A program made the translations under genes and the position numbers. A stretch of DNA of 64,000 bases, taken from positions 537,369 to 601,368 of the forward strand of contig CBDCBK010000010.1 in the NCBI GenBank assembly GCA_965214265.1. Reading direction: 5' to 3'. Below, one piece after another: positions 36,148 through 45,851 of the stretch. Below the pieces are notes generated by a model. That model was not told the DNA's origin and ran no database searches. It saw only the letters and a program-made list of their open reading frames with translations. The DNA is from Acidimicrobiia bacterium. Lineage in GTDB: Bacteria > Actinomycetota > Acidimicrobiia > Spongiisociales > ZC4RG35. The number at the start of each line of letters is the position of its first letter. Positions within the stretch are counted from its first letter, which is position 1.

Positions 36148-37937
36148 ATGAGAAAACTGAAATTAGCCATTGCCTTGATGGCTGTCTTGGCGTTGTTGGC
36201 TGCGGCCTGCGGCGGCGACGACGGCGCAGAGGATACGGCTGCTGCGGACGCGGCGGCTGCTCAGGCTGCTGCGGACGCGGCGGCTGCTCAGGCTGCTGCG
36301 GACACGGCTGAGGCTGCTGCTGCTGAGGCGGCTGCTGAGGCTGCTGCGGCGCAGGCCGAGTTGGAAACCGCGCAGGCCGAGTTGGAAGCTACCCGCGCTG
36401 CTGCTGCGGCCGGTGATGCGGACGCGCAGGCGATGTTGGAGGCTGCTGAGGCCGAGGCTGCCGCTCAAGCTGAGGCTGCTGCCATGGCTGAAGAGGCTGC
36501 CGAAGAGGCTGCCATGACAGCCGCAGACGCCCAGAAGGCACTGGCAGAGTCGATGATGGTGGATGCCCCCGGATCCGGGAACTCGAAGTGGCTATGGGTA
36601 TAGGTTTCTGTTGCGCCGACTTTGCCTATTGGCAGATTCCCTTGGAATTGGACTGGTATGACGAATTGGGTATAACCATCGTCCCCAATACGCCTACTTA
36701 TTGGTATCTCACCAATAGCACCGAGACCAATGCCAAGTTGCAGCGTCAAGAGCTTCACATGGCCAATGGCTGGGTGCCCTCACTGTTCGTAGCTCTGGAG
36801 ACCTTCGCTCAGGAGATTCCAGTGATTCACTTCGCGGATATCTTTATCGGCTATGCGGTCCTGGTATCGCCTGACAGCGATTCGAAGACTGCCCTGGAGT
36901 TCATGGAGGAAGGGATGTCCTTCTCCGAGGCGGCCACGGCGGCCGTGGAGCAGTTGGTTGGCGAGGATATCTACATCACGCCGGGTAGCACTACACAGGC
37001 CCAGTACGCGAACGCGTTCTTCGCCTACCTGCCCGAGTGGTGGGAGGATGTGCAGGAAGACATTCCCGTAATTGACGAGGAAGGCAACCCCTTGGTGTTG
37101 CTGGGCCGCGATGGCCAGCCACTCCTGGATGATGACGGCAACGTTCAGCCGATTCGCATTACGACCAACGACTGGCGCAATTACTCCACTCCGAAGTACG
37201 TCGAGGACCCCATTATCGTGGAGCTTTCGGCTGTTCCGGGCCGGATCGATTACGCCATGCCCTTCCAGGCTCCAACCCTGGTGCAGATGATTCGTAACGG
37301 CTGGGATCCGCTGATCAACTTCGCGATGATGTTCGAGCACGACGCGTTCTCCCAGCAGACGGGCATCGCCAGCTCCACCACAGGCGGCACCGGCCTGATT
37401 GCCAACCGCGAGTGGGTGGAGGCGAACAAGGACGCGGTCTACCGGATACTCTCCGTTGCCCACCGGACCTTCGCTTTCCTCGATGATCCCGAGACCCAGC
37501 GAATTGGGTGGGAGATTGAGGCCAATCTCATCAACGAGAAGCGCCTGCTGAGCATGGAGCCCGAGGACATCGGAGTCATATGGGAACAGATCGACCCCTC
37601 CTTTAACTGGGAGGACCAAGAGGCGCTTTGGGACTTGAGCCTGCCCAGCTACCACCCAGAGACGGTGTTCAGGAACCAGGTCGAGGAGCGTAAGGCCAAG
37701 GGAGAGTTGTCTGCGACCTATGACACGCAGGCAGGGCTCGAGAAGTTCTTGTTGGCCCAGGAGCTCTATTACGACATGAAGGGCATGCAGGAACGTTCCG
37801 ACGCTCTCTTCGCCACGGCTGAGGGATTGGATCTTTCCGATAGCCAGGCCGCTTTGGTGGCACAGGCCCGCCACTGGTACGACATCTATAACTTCTACGA
37901 CGCTGAGCGCTTCTTGGAGGCTGCCCTTATTGGGTAA
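36148..37937 (+). pseudogene. ABC substrate-binding lipoprotein, copy 2, disrupted by a 1-bp deletion (~36570) between linker and binding domain
   Basis: It is split into ORFs 36148..36603 and 36588..37937 in different frames. Alignment with copy 1 (ccccgaggtccgggaagccgaggttgctatgggt versus ccccggatccgggaactcgaagtggctatgggt) shows a single missing base. The 1790-bp length is not divisible by 3. Confidence 0.65.
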
Positions 37938-37977
37938 GCTTTCGGTAGCGATTGGCTAGTAGGTAAAAGAGAAGCTC

Positions 37978-38017
37978 CGAGCGCGGGGCAGGACGGGTTA
38001 TCGTCCTGCCCCGCGCT
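37978..38017 (+). terminator. GC-rich hairpin (copy-2 counterpart of the intra-operon attenuator)
   Basis: gcgcggggcaggacg-ggttat-cgtcctgccccgcgc. The stem is identical and the loop differs. Confidence 0.55.
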
Positions 38018-38062
38018 TCGGCCTGATAGGTAAGGACCGCGAGGGCGAGGAAGAGAGATACA

Positions 38063-39013
38063 GTGACCACCACAAGCACCGATGTTCTTGATGTGAGAGC
38101 GGCGGCGCACCGCGCTAGACGGCGAAGCAAGATTGCCTATAGCATCTATCTGGTCGTCGGGTTAATGCTGTTTTTGCTGATTTGGCAGTTGATCGCCTCG
38201 CCTTTTTCGCCCCTTTTCTATCTCATACCGCCGCCCATTGATGCCGTCAGGCACTTCGGGGAGAACCTGTTTTTCAGTCAGCGGATGTTGGAGCGGTATG
38301 TTCATGCTTGTCCGGATCTGTTGGACGAGTTGGAGTTGACGGGGGGAAGGATGTTCGATCTTCCCGATTACTGTTTTGGGTATATTCTGCATTTGGTGCG
38401 GACTACCCGCAATATCATGATCGCAGTTACGCTGGGGACGGTGGTTGGTTTGTCGGTGGGGCTGAGCAGTTTGGTTTTCCCGAAGATCGCGGATGTGGTG
38501 ACGCCGATTGCTGGTTTTTTTGGGACTACCCCGATTTTCATAGCGGCGCCTTTTTTCGTGATCTGGTTCGGGATCGAGTATCCCTTGATGACCACCGTCG
38601 GGGTGGTTGTTTTCTACACCACCCTTCTCATGTATTTCTTTAGCCGCCGGGCGGCGGAGAATATACCGGTGGGGATCATTGAGTCAGCCCTCACCCTGGG
38701 GGGAGACCGCCGTACTATTTTCCGGTGGGTGTATTTGCCGGGGACGATACCCGAGATCGCGGGAGGCTTTCGTATCGCGTTGGCCGGCGCCTGGGGACTG
38801 GGTACGCTGGTGGAGGTGCTGGGACCTCAGATGGGAGGAGGATTTCTTATTCGTATGTGGAGCTTTGCGATGGGCCTTTTGGAGGGGCCGGCCGCGGTGG
38901 TTTCACTGATTCTTTTCTTCGGTGTGTTGGCTGTGGTAGTCGACGGTATCTTGGTGCTGTTTATCCGTTTCGTCACCAAGTGGTCCGAGGCCGGTCGCCG
39001 GCTGGGTTTGTAG
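38063..39013 (+). CDS. ABC transporter permease (NitT/TauT), copy 2 (~97% aa identity to copy 1)
   Basis: Near-identical to 31960..32910 except for N-terminal residues. Confidence 0.85.
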   Translation: MTTTSTDVLDVRAAAHRARRRSKIAYSIYLVVGLMLFLLIWQLIASPFSPLFYLIPPPIDAVRHFGENLFFSQRMLERYVHACPDLLDELELTGGRMFDLPDYCFGYILHLVRTTRNIMIAVTLGTVVGLSVGLSSLVFPKIADVVTPIAGFFGTTPIFIAAPFFVIWFGIEYPLMTTVGVVVFYTTLLMYFFSRRAAENIPVGIIESALTLGGDRRTIFRWVYLPGTIPEIAGGFRIALAGAWGLGTLVEVLGPQMGGGFLIRMWSFAMGLLEGPAAVVSLILFFGVLAVVVDGILVLFIRFVTKWSEAGRRLGL

Positions 39014-39026
39014 GCAAGGAGGAACT

Positions 39027-39806
39027 ATGTCGTCAACTGTTGTGAGCTTTGAGAATCTGTGGTGTGTGTTCGAGCACCGATCCGGGCAATTGGTGCATGC
39101 CCTTGAGGATGTCAATTTCCATGTCGATCCCGGCGAGTTTGTGTGTGTCGTGGGGAGGTCTGGGCACGGTAAGACCACTCTGCTGAGGGTGCTGGCCGGG
39201 CTTCAGCCTCCTACCGCCGGTGAGGTGAAGCTGGGCGACACCCCGGTGACGGGGCCGGGTAGCGACCGGGCCATGGTTTTTCAGCAGGACACGGTGTTTC
39301 CTTGGTTGCATGTCCGCGAGAACGTTGAATTCGGTCTCAGGGCCAACAAGCTTCCCGAGGACGAGCGGAACGAGATCACCAATTACTGGTTGTCGGCGGT
39401 GGGACTGGAGGAGTTCGCTGACTCTTGGCCGCGGGAGCTTTCTGGGGGCATGAGAAAGCGGGTGGCTCTGGCGGCGGCGATGGCGGTGGGCTCGGATGTT
39501 GTGCTCATGGATGAGCCTTTTGGGTCTGTTGACTATTTCACGCGCCGTAATCTTCATGAGGTTCTTTTGAATTTGTGGTTTGAGACCAAGAAGACCATCT
39601 TTTTTGTCACCCATGACATTGAGGAGGCGCTGATTCTTGCTGACCGGGTGATCCTCTTGGCTGAGGGCAAGTTGGTGGACGACATCGCGGTTTCTCTCCC
39701 TCGTCCTCGTAACGAGGATGTCCGGGCCACCCCTGAGGCGGTGGGTGTGTTCAAGCTGATCTTGGCGCATCTGGGTATCACCGAGGAGGAGGCGACGAAG
39801 GTTTGA
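39027..39806 (+). CDS. ABC transporter ATP-binding protein (NitT/TauT), copy 2 (100% aa identity to copy 1)
   Basis: Identical 259-aa translation. Only a few synonymous nucleotide differences. Confidence 0.9.
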   Translation: MSSTVVSFENLWCVFEHRSGQLVHALEDVNFHVDPGEFVCVVGRSGHGKTTLLRVLAGLQPPTAGEVKLGDTPVTGPGSDRAMVFQQDTVFPWLHVRENVEFGLRANKLPEDERNEITNYWLSAVGLEEFADSWPRELSGGMRKRVALAAAMAVGSDVVLMDEPFGSVDYFTRRNLHEVLLNLWFETKKTIFFVTHDIEEALILADRVILLAEGKLVDDIAVSLPRPRNEDVRATPEAVGVFKLILAHLGITEEEATKV

Positions 39807-41023
39807 ACCAGCCTGCCCTCTTCCGAAGCCTTTATTGGATTGGATGGCTGATCTGGGTCGTCTTCCTGGCTCCTTGGTTGCTCATTCAACTGCCTGAAAG
39901 CCTTCCCTTCGTTTCCTGGACATATAGCGATGGTGTGATCAACGTCACGTGGTCGATCCTTGTTTCTTGGCTGGTTTTGTTGCTGGTCTGGCCGGTTGTG
40001 TTCCGCCCGAGTGGGGTCAAGAACCGCCTGGTCAAGATGGGACAGGGGATAGCGGCGGGGCCGCCGATGCTGTTGGCCGGTATGCGCCGCAGCCCGCTCT
40101 TCTTCGTCTCCTGGGTGGTGTTGCTGGCGGCGTGGCAACTGGGGTCTTATTTGGCGCCTCCGGGAGCCCTTGAGCACCCCCTGGTTCCCGGATGGGACTA
40201 CGTGTTCGGTGAGACCTTCTTCAGAATGTCCGGGGACTGGAGCGTCCGCGGGTTTGACCTTGAGTTTGTGGTCCTCGATGTCACGGGACTAGCGCCCCTT
40301 CCCATCTATGGCGGGGAGGCGACTTGGCCGGCCGTGTTCCTCGCCATCGCTTTCCACTCCGGCACGACCCTTTTCCGGCTGATGTGTGGCATGGTGGTCG
40401 GTATGACCCTCGGTCTCCTGACCGGTCTGGCCATTCCCTATTGGCCGCCGCTGCGCAAGTCCGCTTGGGCGCCCATGAACTTTCTGCGGATGATCCCCCT
40501 CCTGGCGGCGATTCCCTGGTTGCAGTTTGCCGTGGGCTCCACCCTCTTTGGTATCACCATCTATATTGCATTCGGGGTGTGGACGACGATGGTGGTGGCA
40601 ACTATGAACTCGGTGGCCAACGTGCCTGACCGGTACATCGAGAGCGCCCGTACCCTGGGCGCGTCCCGGCCGTGGACCTATTACAAGGTGATAGTGCCGG
40701 GGTCGATTCCCGAGTTGCGCACCGCCATGTTGCTCTCCATGGGAGGGAGCTGGTCGCTGGCCATTGCCGCCGAGTTCCTGGGTTTCCCCACCGGGCTGGG
40801 ATATATGGCCAACGTGGCGGTGCAGGAAACCAACACCGCCCGGCTGGTGATAGTGGCGTTCATTGTGGCTTTTTATTCTCTCACGACCTTCTACTTGCTC
40901 AACGAAGGATTCAAAAAGGCGGTTAGTTGGATGCCACAGCGCGCCACCGGGAAGACGGATATCAGCAGGGTGGCCGGGGCGGCCGGAGCGGGGGGCCGCG
41001 CGGAAACCCTAGAGGGCGGATAA
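39803..41023 (+). CDS. second ABC permease, copy 2 (~92% aa identity)
   Basis: Co-linear with 33700..34920. Confidence 0.8.
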   Translation: MNQPALFRSLYWIGWLIWVVFLAPWLLIQLPESLPFVSWTYSDGVINVTWSILVSWLVLLLVWPVVFRPSGVKNRLVKMGQGIAAGPPMLLAGMRRSPLFFVSWVVLLAAWQLGSYLAPPGALEHPLVPGWDYVFGETFFRMSGDWSVRGFDLEFVVLDVTGLAPLPIYGGEATWPAVFLAIAFHSGTTLFRLMCGMVVGMTLGLLTGLAIPYWPPLRKSAWAPMNFLRMIPLLAAIPWLQFAVGSTLFGITIYIAFGVWTTMVVATMNSVANVPDRYIESARTLGASRPWTYYKVIVPGSIPELRTAMLLSMGGSWSLAIAAEFLGFPTGLGYMANVAVQETNTARLVIVAFIVAFYSLTTFYLLNEGFKKAVSWMPQRATGKTDISRVAGAAGAGGRAETLEGG

Positions 41024-41113
41024 GGCCAGCGCCGCGGAATCAGCGTTCGCGGTTGGGTGCCGCGTCGGGATTGACCATCCTGGTTTTTCCCTGCATATGA
41101 AGCTGTCAACGCG

Positions 41114-42010
41114 GTGCTGACCGGCATCGTCTTCGGGTTTATCACGGCGGTGACGCTGGGGATCAACCGTCTGCTCACTGCAGTGGTGGCCCGGCGCTTC
41201 GGCGTGCTGCGCTCCGCTGCCACCACTCTGAGCCTGGCCCTCTTGGTGATGGTCATCTGGGCAATCCTCATCGACGTGCCGGTCGAAATGACCACTGACC
41301 AACTTGTTTTACTGGCCTTCTTGGGCTCCTGCGTCGGCGGGTCCTTTCTGGGCGGCTACACGGCCCTCCGACTCGGTCCGATCTCGGTGGTGACTCCGAT
41401 CGGCGCTCTGGGGGGCGCCATGACGGTGATCTACGCATTCTGGTTGCTGGGGGAAAGACCCGGCGCGGTGCAGTGGGCGGGAATACCGATCGCCGTACTG
41501 GGAGCGGTATTGGCATCCGTGGTGATCAAGCGCGGAGTCAAAATTCGACTGGTCACCTGGGGGCCGGCCTTCGCCATGATCGGCGTGTTTGTGGGATCGC
41601 TCTCCAACGCCGGCCTGAAGATCCCCATCAGGGATGGACTCGACTCCAACCTGACCGTCATCACCCAGCGGGTCTTCACGGTGGCCTTCGTCGCTCTGGT
41701 GTTGGTGATTGTCTCCCGGGTGACAGAACGGCGTCGACGAACGGGAGATGGTCCCCCGTATCCGGTGAGGATTACCTGGAGGACAGGATGGCTGCTGGGC
41801 GTGGTGGGAGTGATCGACGGCGTCTCCTTTATATCATTCGGATACGGTTTGGCGTATGCTCCGGCCTGGCTGATCGGGATCATCTCCCAAAGCGGACGGG
41901 TGATAGCCGTGATCGGCGGGGTGATATTCTTCAAAGAACGACTCCACCACCTGCAGTGGGCAGGCATAGCCCTGATAACGGTCGGTGTGGCCATGTCCGT
42001 CGTCGGCTAG
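41114..42010 (+). CDS. EamA/DMT transporter, paralog 2
   Basis: GTG start overlapped by the uORF ATGAAGCTGTCAACGCGGTGCTGA (41097..41120). Confidence 0.8.
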   Translation: MLTGIVFGFITAVTLGINRLLTAVVARRFGVLRSAATTLSLALLVMVIWAILIDVPVEMTTDQLVLLAFLGSCVGGSFLGGYTALRLGPISVVTPIGALGGAMTVIYAFWLLGERPGAVQWAGIPIAVLGAVLASVVIKRGVKIRLVTWGPAFAMIGVFVGSLSNAGLKIPIRDGLDSNLTVITQRVFTVAFVALVLVIVSRVTERRRRTGDGPPYPVRITWRTGWLLGVVGVIDGVSFISFGYGLAYAPAWLIGIISQSGRVIAVIGGVIFFKERLHHLQWAGIALITVGVAMSVVG

Positions 42011-42029
42011 GATCGCCGCCCGAGGAGGT

Positions 42030-42246
42030 ACTCGTTGAGGGATTCAAGAAGGTCGTTGGTCGGATGCCACAGTGCACGGGAAAGTGAACAGATGGCAGCA
42101 GGGTGGCCGCGGCGGAAGGAGCAGGAGGCCGCGGTGAAACTCTCGACGACGGATAGGGCCTCGGCCGCGGAATCGGCGTTCGCGGTCGAGTGGCCAATCG
42201 GGATTAGTCAGCCTGGCTTTTCCCTGTATGTGAAGCTGTCAACTAG
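42030..42246 (+). pseudogene. relic of permease-2 3' end plus EamA leader (junction of an extra [permease-tail+EamA] sub-duplication)
   Basis: ctcgttgagggattcaagaaggtcgttggtcggatgccacag resembles LLNEGFKKAVSWMPQ. Frame not maintained. Confidence 0.6.
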
Positions 42247-43152
42247 GTGTTGACCGGCATCATCTTCGGGTTCATCACCGCGGTGACGCTGGGGATCAAC
42301 AGCCTGCTCACTGCTGTGGTGGTACGGCGTTTCGGCGTGCTGCGCTCTGTCTCCGTTACTGTGACTCTGGCTTGCTTCTTGATGATGGCCTGGGCGGCGC
42401 TGATCGGTGTGCGAGTCGAGATGAATGCCGACCACCTGATCCTGCTGGTCCTGTTGGGCTCCTGTGTCGGCGGGTCCTTTCTGTGCGGTTACATGGCTCT
42501 CCGGGTCGGTCCGATCTCGGTGGTGAGTCCGATCGGCGCTCTGGGGGGCGCCATGACGGTGATCTACGCATTCTGGTTGCTGGGGGAAAGACCCGGCGCG
42601 GTGCAGTGGGCGGGGATACCGATCGCCGTTCTGGGAGCGGTGTTGGCATCCGTGGTGATCAAGCGGGGGACCAAGATTCGACTGGTCACTTTGGGGCCGG
42701 TCTTTGCCTTGACCGGCGTGCTGGTGGGATCGATCTCCAACGCCGGCCTGAAGATCCCCATAAGGGATGGGGTGGATTCCAACGTGACCGTCATCACCCA
42801 ACGGGTCTTCACGGTGGCTGTCATCCTCTTGGTGTTTGTGATCTTCTCCAGGGTGACAGAACAACGACGACGAAGGGGAGATCCCCGGTACGAGGGGAGC
42901 CACCCGGTGAAGATCACCTGGCGGACGGGATGGCTGCTGGGTTTGGTGGGACTGATCGACGGTGCCTCCTTCATATCCTTCGGATATGCTCTGGCGCATG
43001 CACCTGTCTGGCTGATCTCGATTATCTCCCAAACCGGACGGGTTATAGCCGTGATCGGCGGGGTGATGTTCTTCAACGAACGACTCCACAGCCTGCAGTG
43101 GACAGGCATAGCTCTGATATGCGTTGGGGTGGTGATGTCCATCGTCGGTTAG
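42247..43152 (+). CDS. EamA/DMT transporter, paralog 3
   Basis: ~75-80% identical to paralogs 1 and 2. uORF GTGAAGCTGTCAACTAGGTGTTGA at 42230..42253. Confidence 0.8.
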   Translation: MLTGIIFGFITAVTLGINSLLTAVVVRRFGVLRSVSVTVTLACFLMMAWAALIGVRVEMNADHLILLVLLGSCVGGSFLCGYMALRVGPISVVSPIGALGGAMTVIYAFWLLGERPGAVQWAGIPIAVLGAVLASVVIKRGTKIRLVTLGPVFALTGVLVGSISNAGLKIPIRDGVDSNVTVITQRVFTVAVILLVFVIFSRVTEQRRRRGDPRYEGSHPVKITWRTGWLLGLVGLIDGASFISFGYALAHAPVWLISIISQTGRVIAVIGGVMFFNERLHSLQWTGIALICVGVVMSIVG

Positions 43153-43183
43153 CACTGCCGCTAGCCGTTGGTTATGAAGAGCT

Positions 43184-43300
43184 GTGAAAGAAATCGTGGG
43201 TGGAGGATTGATTCTTGTCCCACGGGGGTTCACATTGAAGATGTACCAAACACCGAGACGGTCTGTCTTGGCATCGTTCGGACTTCGTCAAGGGATCAAA
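43184..43300. repeat. conserved ~110-nt noncoding element, copy A (3' of EamA-3, 3' of truncated hydrolase)
   Basis: TGAAAgaAAtCG..GG.GGaTTGATTCT.GTC....GGGGGTTCAcA.TGAaGa....AAACACCGAGAcGGTCTG recurs at 47026..47120 and 50005..50130. No consistent reading frame. Confidence 0.6.
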
Positions 43301-43496
43301 CTGACCTCTTGCACGCCCTGTTCCGGGCTGGGCGGACGCGTGTTGGACCCGTGGCAAGGTGGTAGCGGGTCACTGCCGCTAGGCAGTGGGCTTGCCTGAG
43401 GGCCCGGCAGGGAAGTGGTTTTTTACGCCTTTCCGCGGTGATTGGCAACAGAACCCGCCTCCGTGGGCTGGGGCCAGAGCTGGGTGGAGCCGGTGC

Positions 43497-43901
43497 TCAG
43501 TTCTCGGGGAAGGTGTACTGGAATACCCCGCCGGTGCGGATCATCTCGGCGGCGATGGCGCCCACCAGTTCGGGATGGCGGGCGGCGGCCGAGATGATCA
43601 CCTGTCCCCCCATGCTTTGGCCCACCAGCACGGGCCGATTCAGTTCCAGTTGGCGGATGAGTGCGGCCACGTCATCGCCGTGTTGGGCCATGGTGTAGAT
43701 CTCATCGGGCTTGTCGCTTTCCCCGTGGCCGCGCAGATCGACCGCCACGCACCGGTGATTGGGGGAGAAGTACTTCTCCTGGAGGCCGAATCCTTCCCGA
43801 CTGCCGAAGCCCCCGTGGATGAAAATAATGGCCGGATCGCCGGAGCCTAATTCGTGGTACGCCATGCGGACGCCGTCGGGGTTAGTAATCCATTCAGTCA
43901 T
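43497..43901 (-). pseudogene. alpha/beta-hydrolase paralog with large in-frame internal deletion (N-terminal 116 aa fused to last 18 aa)
   Basis: MTEWITNPDGVRMAYHELGSGDPAIIFIHGGFG...GQSMGGQVIISAAARHPELVGAIA|AEMIRTGGVFQYTFPEN. The catalytic Asp/His region is missing. The breakpoint lies at the short repeat GAIA/DAIAAE. Confidence 0.75.
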
Positions 43902-44206
43902 GGGACCCAGCCTAATTTGTCCTATTTCTGAGTTGTAGAGACACTCGGGTCAATACTGGGTTAGTGGGGTTCGGCGGTGCATCCTGTTGCTTGATCACCA
44001 CGTCGAGCAGAAAGGAAGCCCCGCCGTGGGTAATGATGATGCCTTGTATCGCTTTAGGTTGGGGGTATTTGCTCTAGCAGAAGAATTGGGAATCGTGCGT
44101 GTGTTGCATAACCGGATGATGGGAATCCATCATTCTACGTTTTTTATCGGTGGGCTTGGGTATATTTGGGAGGGTCAAGGTCGGCTGATTTGCTGGCTCA
44201 GCCGCT

Positions 44207-45811
44207 TTGGTCGACAGCCGTCGGCCCGACCAGCAAGCGAACGGAAGGAAAGCGCAAACGAGGAAATTTATATCAGCTATTTCTCTGGTGGCTATCTTGG
44301 CGTTGTTGCCTGCGGCCTGCGGCGACGGCGCGGCGGATACGGCCGCGGCGGACGCGGCTGCTGCTCAGGACGAAGCCGCTGAGGCTGCTGCCACGGAAGC
44401 CGACGAGGCCCAGAAGGCTCTGGAAGGGTCGATGGTGGAGGCCCCCGACATTCGGGAAGCCGAGGTTGCGATGGGTTTTAACGCCTGTTGTGCCGATCTG
44501 GCTTTTTGGCAGATTCCCGTCGATTTGGGCTGGTGGGATGATTTGAATATCACCATCGTTCCCAATTCGCCCACCTATTACTATTTCGCCGCCGGCGCCG
44601 AGGCCATTGCCTGGTTGCGGCGCGGTGAAGGCGCCGTGGCCCCCGGGTGGGTGCCGGGACTGTTCGGGGCGTTGGAGACCTTTGCTCAGGAAGTCCCGCC
44701 GATTTTCTTCGCGGACATCTATGTCGGCTATGCGGTCCTGGTTGCGCCGGACAGCCCCTCCAAGACCGTGCTCGAGTTCGTGGAGGAAGGGATGTCTTTC
44801 CCGGAAGCCGCCAAGGCGGCCGTCCAGCAGTTGGTAGGGGCGGATATTTACATTTCGCCCAGCCCCCAGCAGGCTCAGTACATGGATGCGTTCTTCGCTT
44901 ATCTGCCCGAGTGGTGGGAGGCTTATCAGGAGGACATTGCCGCCTTGGACGAGGATGGCAACCCCTTGGTGTTGTTGGGCCGCGACGGCGAGCCACTTCT
45001 GGACGAGGACGGCAACGTTCAGCCGATTCGGATCACGACCAACGACTGGCGTAACTACGCCAACCCGCAGTACGTCCATGACCCCACGATCATGGAGCTT
45101 TCGGCTGTTCCGGGCCGGATCGAATACGCCATGCCTTATGGCGCTCCGACCCTGGTGCAGATGATGCGCAACGGTTGGGATCCGCTGATCAACTTCGGGA
45201 TGATGATCGACAACGATCCGTTCTCCCAGCAGACGGCGATCGCCAACTCCACTGTCGGCGGCATCGGCCTGCTGGCGAACCGCGAATGGGTTAATAACAA
45301 TAAGGACCTGGCCTACAGGGTGCTCTCTGCCGCCTATCGCACCTTTGAGTTCCTCGATGATCCCGAGACCCAGTACCAGGGGTGGGAGATCGAGGCCAAT
45401 CTCATCAACGAGAAGCGCCAGATGAGCATGGAGCCCGAGGACATCGGGACCATCTGGTCGACCATCGATCCCTCCTTTAACTGGGAGGAGCAGGCGGCGC
45501 TGTGGGACTCGAACCTCCCGAGCTACCACCCCGAGATAGTGTTCGCCACTCAGATCGAGAAGCTGAAGGCCAAGGGGGTGTTGTCCGAGGACTATGACAC
45601 GCAGGCCGGGCTGAAAGAGTTCTTGTTGGCCCAGGACCTCTACTATGAGATGAAGGAATTCGAGATGCGCTCCGACGCACTCTTCGAGAGGGCTTCGGGA
45701 AGGGATCTTTCCCCGGCCCAGGCTGCTCTAATCGCCCAAGCGCAGTTCCACTATGACATCTATAACTTCTATGACGCTCTCCGCTTCTTGGAGGCTGCCC
45801 TCATCGGGTAG
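44207..45811 (+). CDS. ABC substrate-binding lipoprotein, copy 3 (diverged; ATG replaced, probable TTG start; shorter linker)
   Basis: ...RKFISAISLVAILALLPAACGDG lipobox. The binding domain is ~75-80% identical to copies 1 and 2. The copy-1 ATG position reads ACG here. An in-frame TTG lies at 44207. Confidence 0.6.
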   Translation: MVDSRRPDQQANGRKAQTRKFISAISLVAILALLPAACGDGAADTAAADAAAAQDEAAEAAATEADEAQKALEGSMVEAPDIREAEVAMGFNACCADLAFWQIPVDLGWWDDLNITIVPNSPTYYYFAAGAEAIAWLRRGEGAVAPGWVPGLFGALETFAQEVPPIFFADIYVGYAVLVAPDSPSKTVLEFVEEGMSFPEAAKAAVQQLVGADIYISPSPQQAQYMDAFFAYLPEWWEAYQEDIAALDEDGNPLVLLGRDGEPLLDEDGNVQPIRITTNDWRNYANPQYVHDPTIMELSAVPGRIEYAMPYGAPTLVQMMRNGWDPLINFGMMIDNDPFSQQTAIANSTVGGIGLLANREWVNNNKDLAYRVLSAAYRTFEFLDDPETQYQGWEIEANLINEKRQMSMEPEDIGTIWSTIDPSFNWEEQAALWDSNLPSYHPEIVFATQIEKLKAKGVLSEDYDTQAGLKEFLLAQDLYYEMKEFEMRSDALFERASGRDLSPAQAALIAQAQFHYDIYNFYDALRFLEAALIG

Positions 45812-45851
45812 GCTCCCGGTTCGATTGCCTAGTGGATAGAAAAGGCGCCGC

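Larger units (their letters stand above)
36017..42025. repeat. segmental tandem duplication, unit 2
   Basis: Co-linear copy of 29862..35995. It begins with an XDH-tail relic (36017..36092: ...DELPHPWRGSSGFAIQKIMPYW*). Confidence 0.85.
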
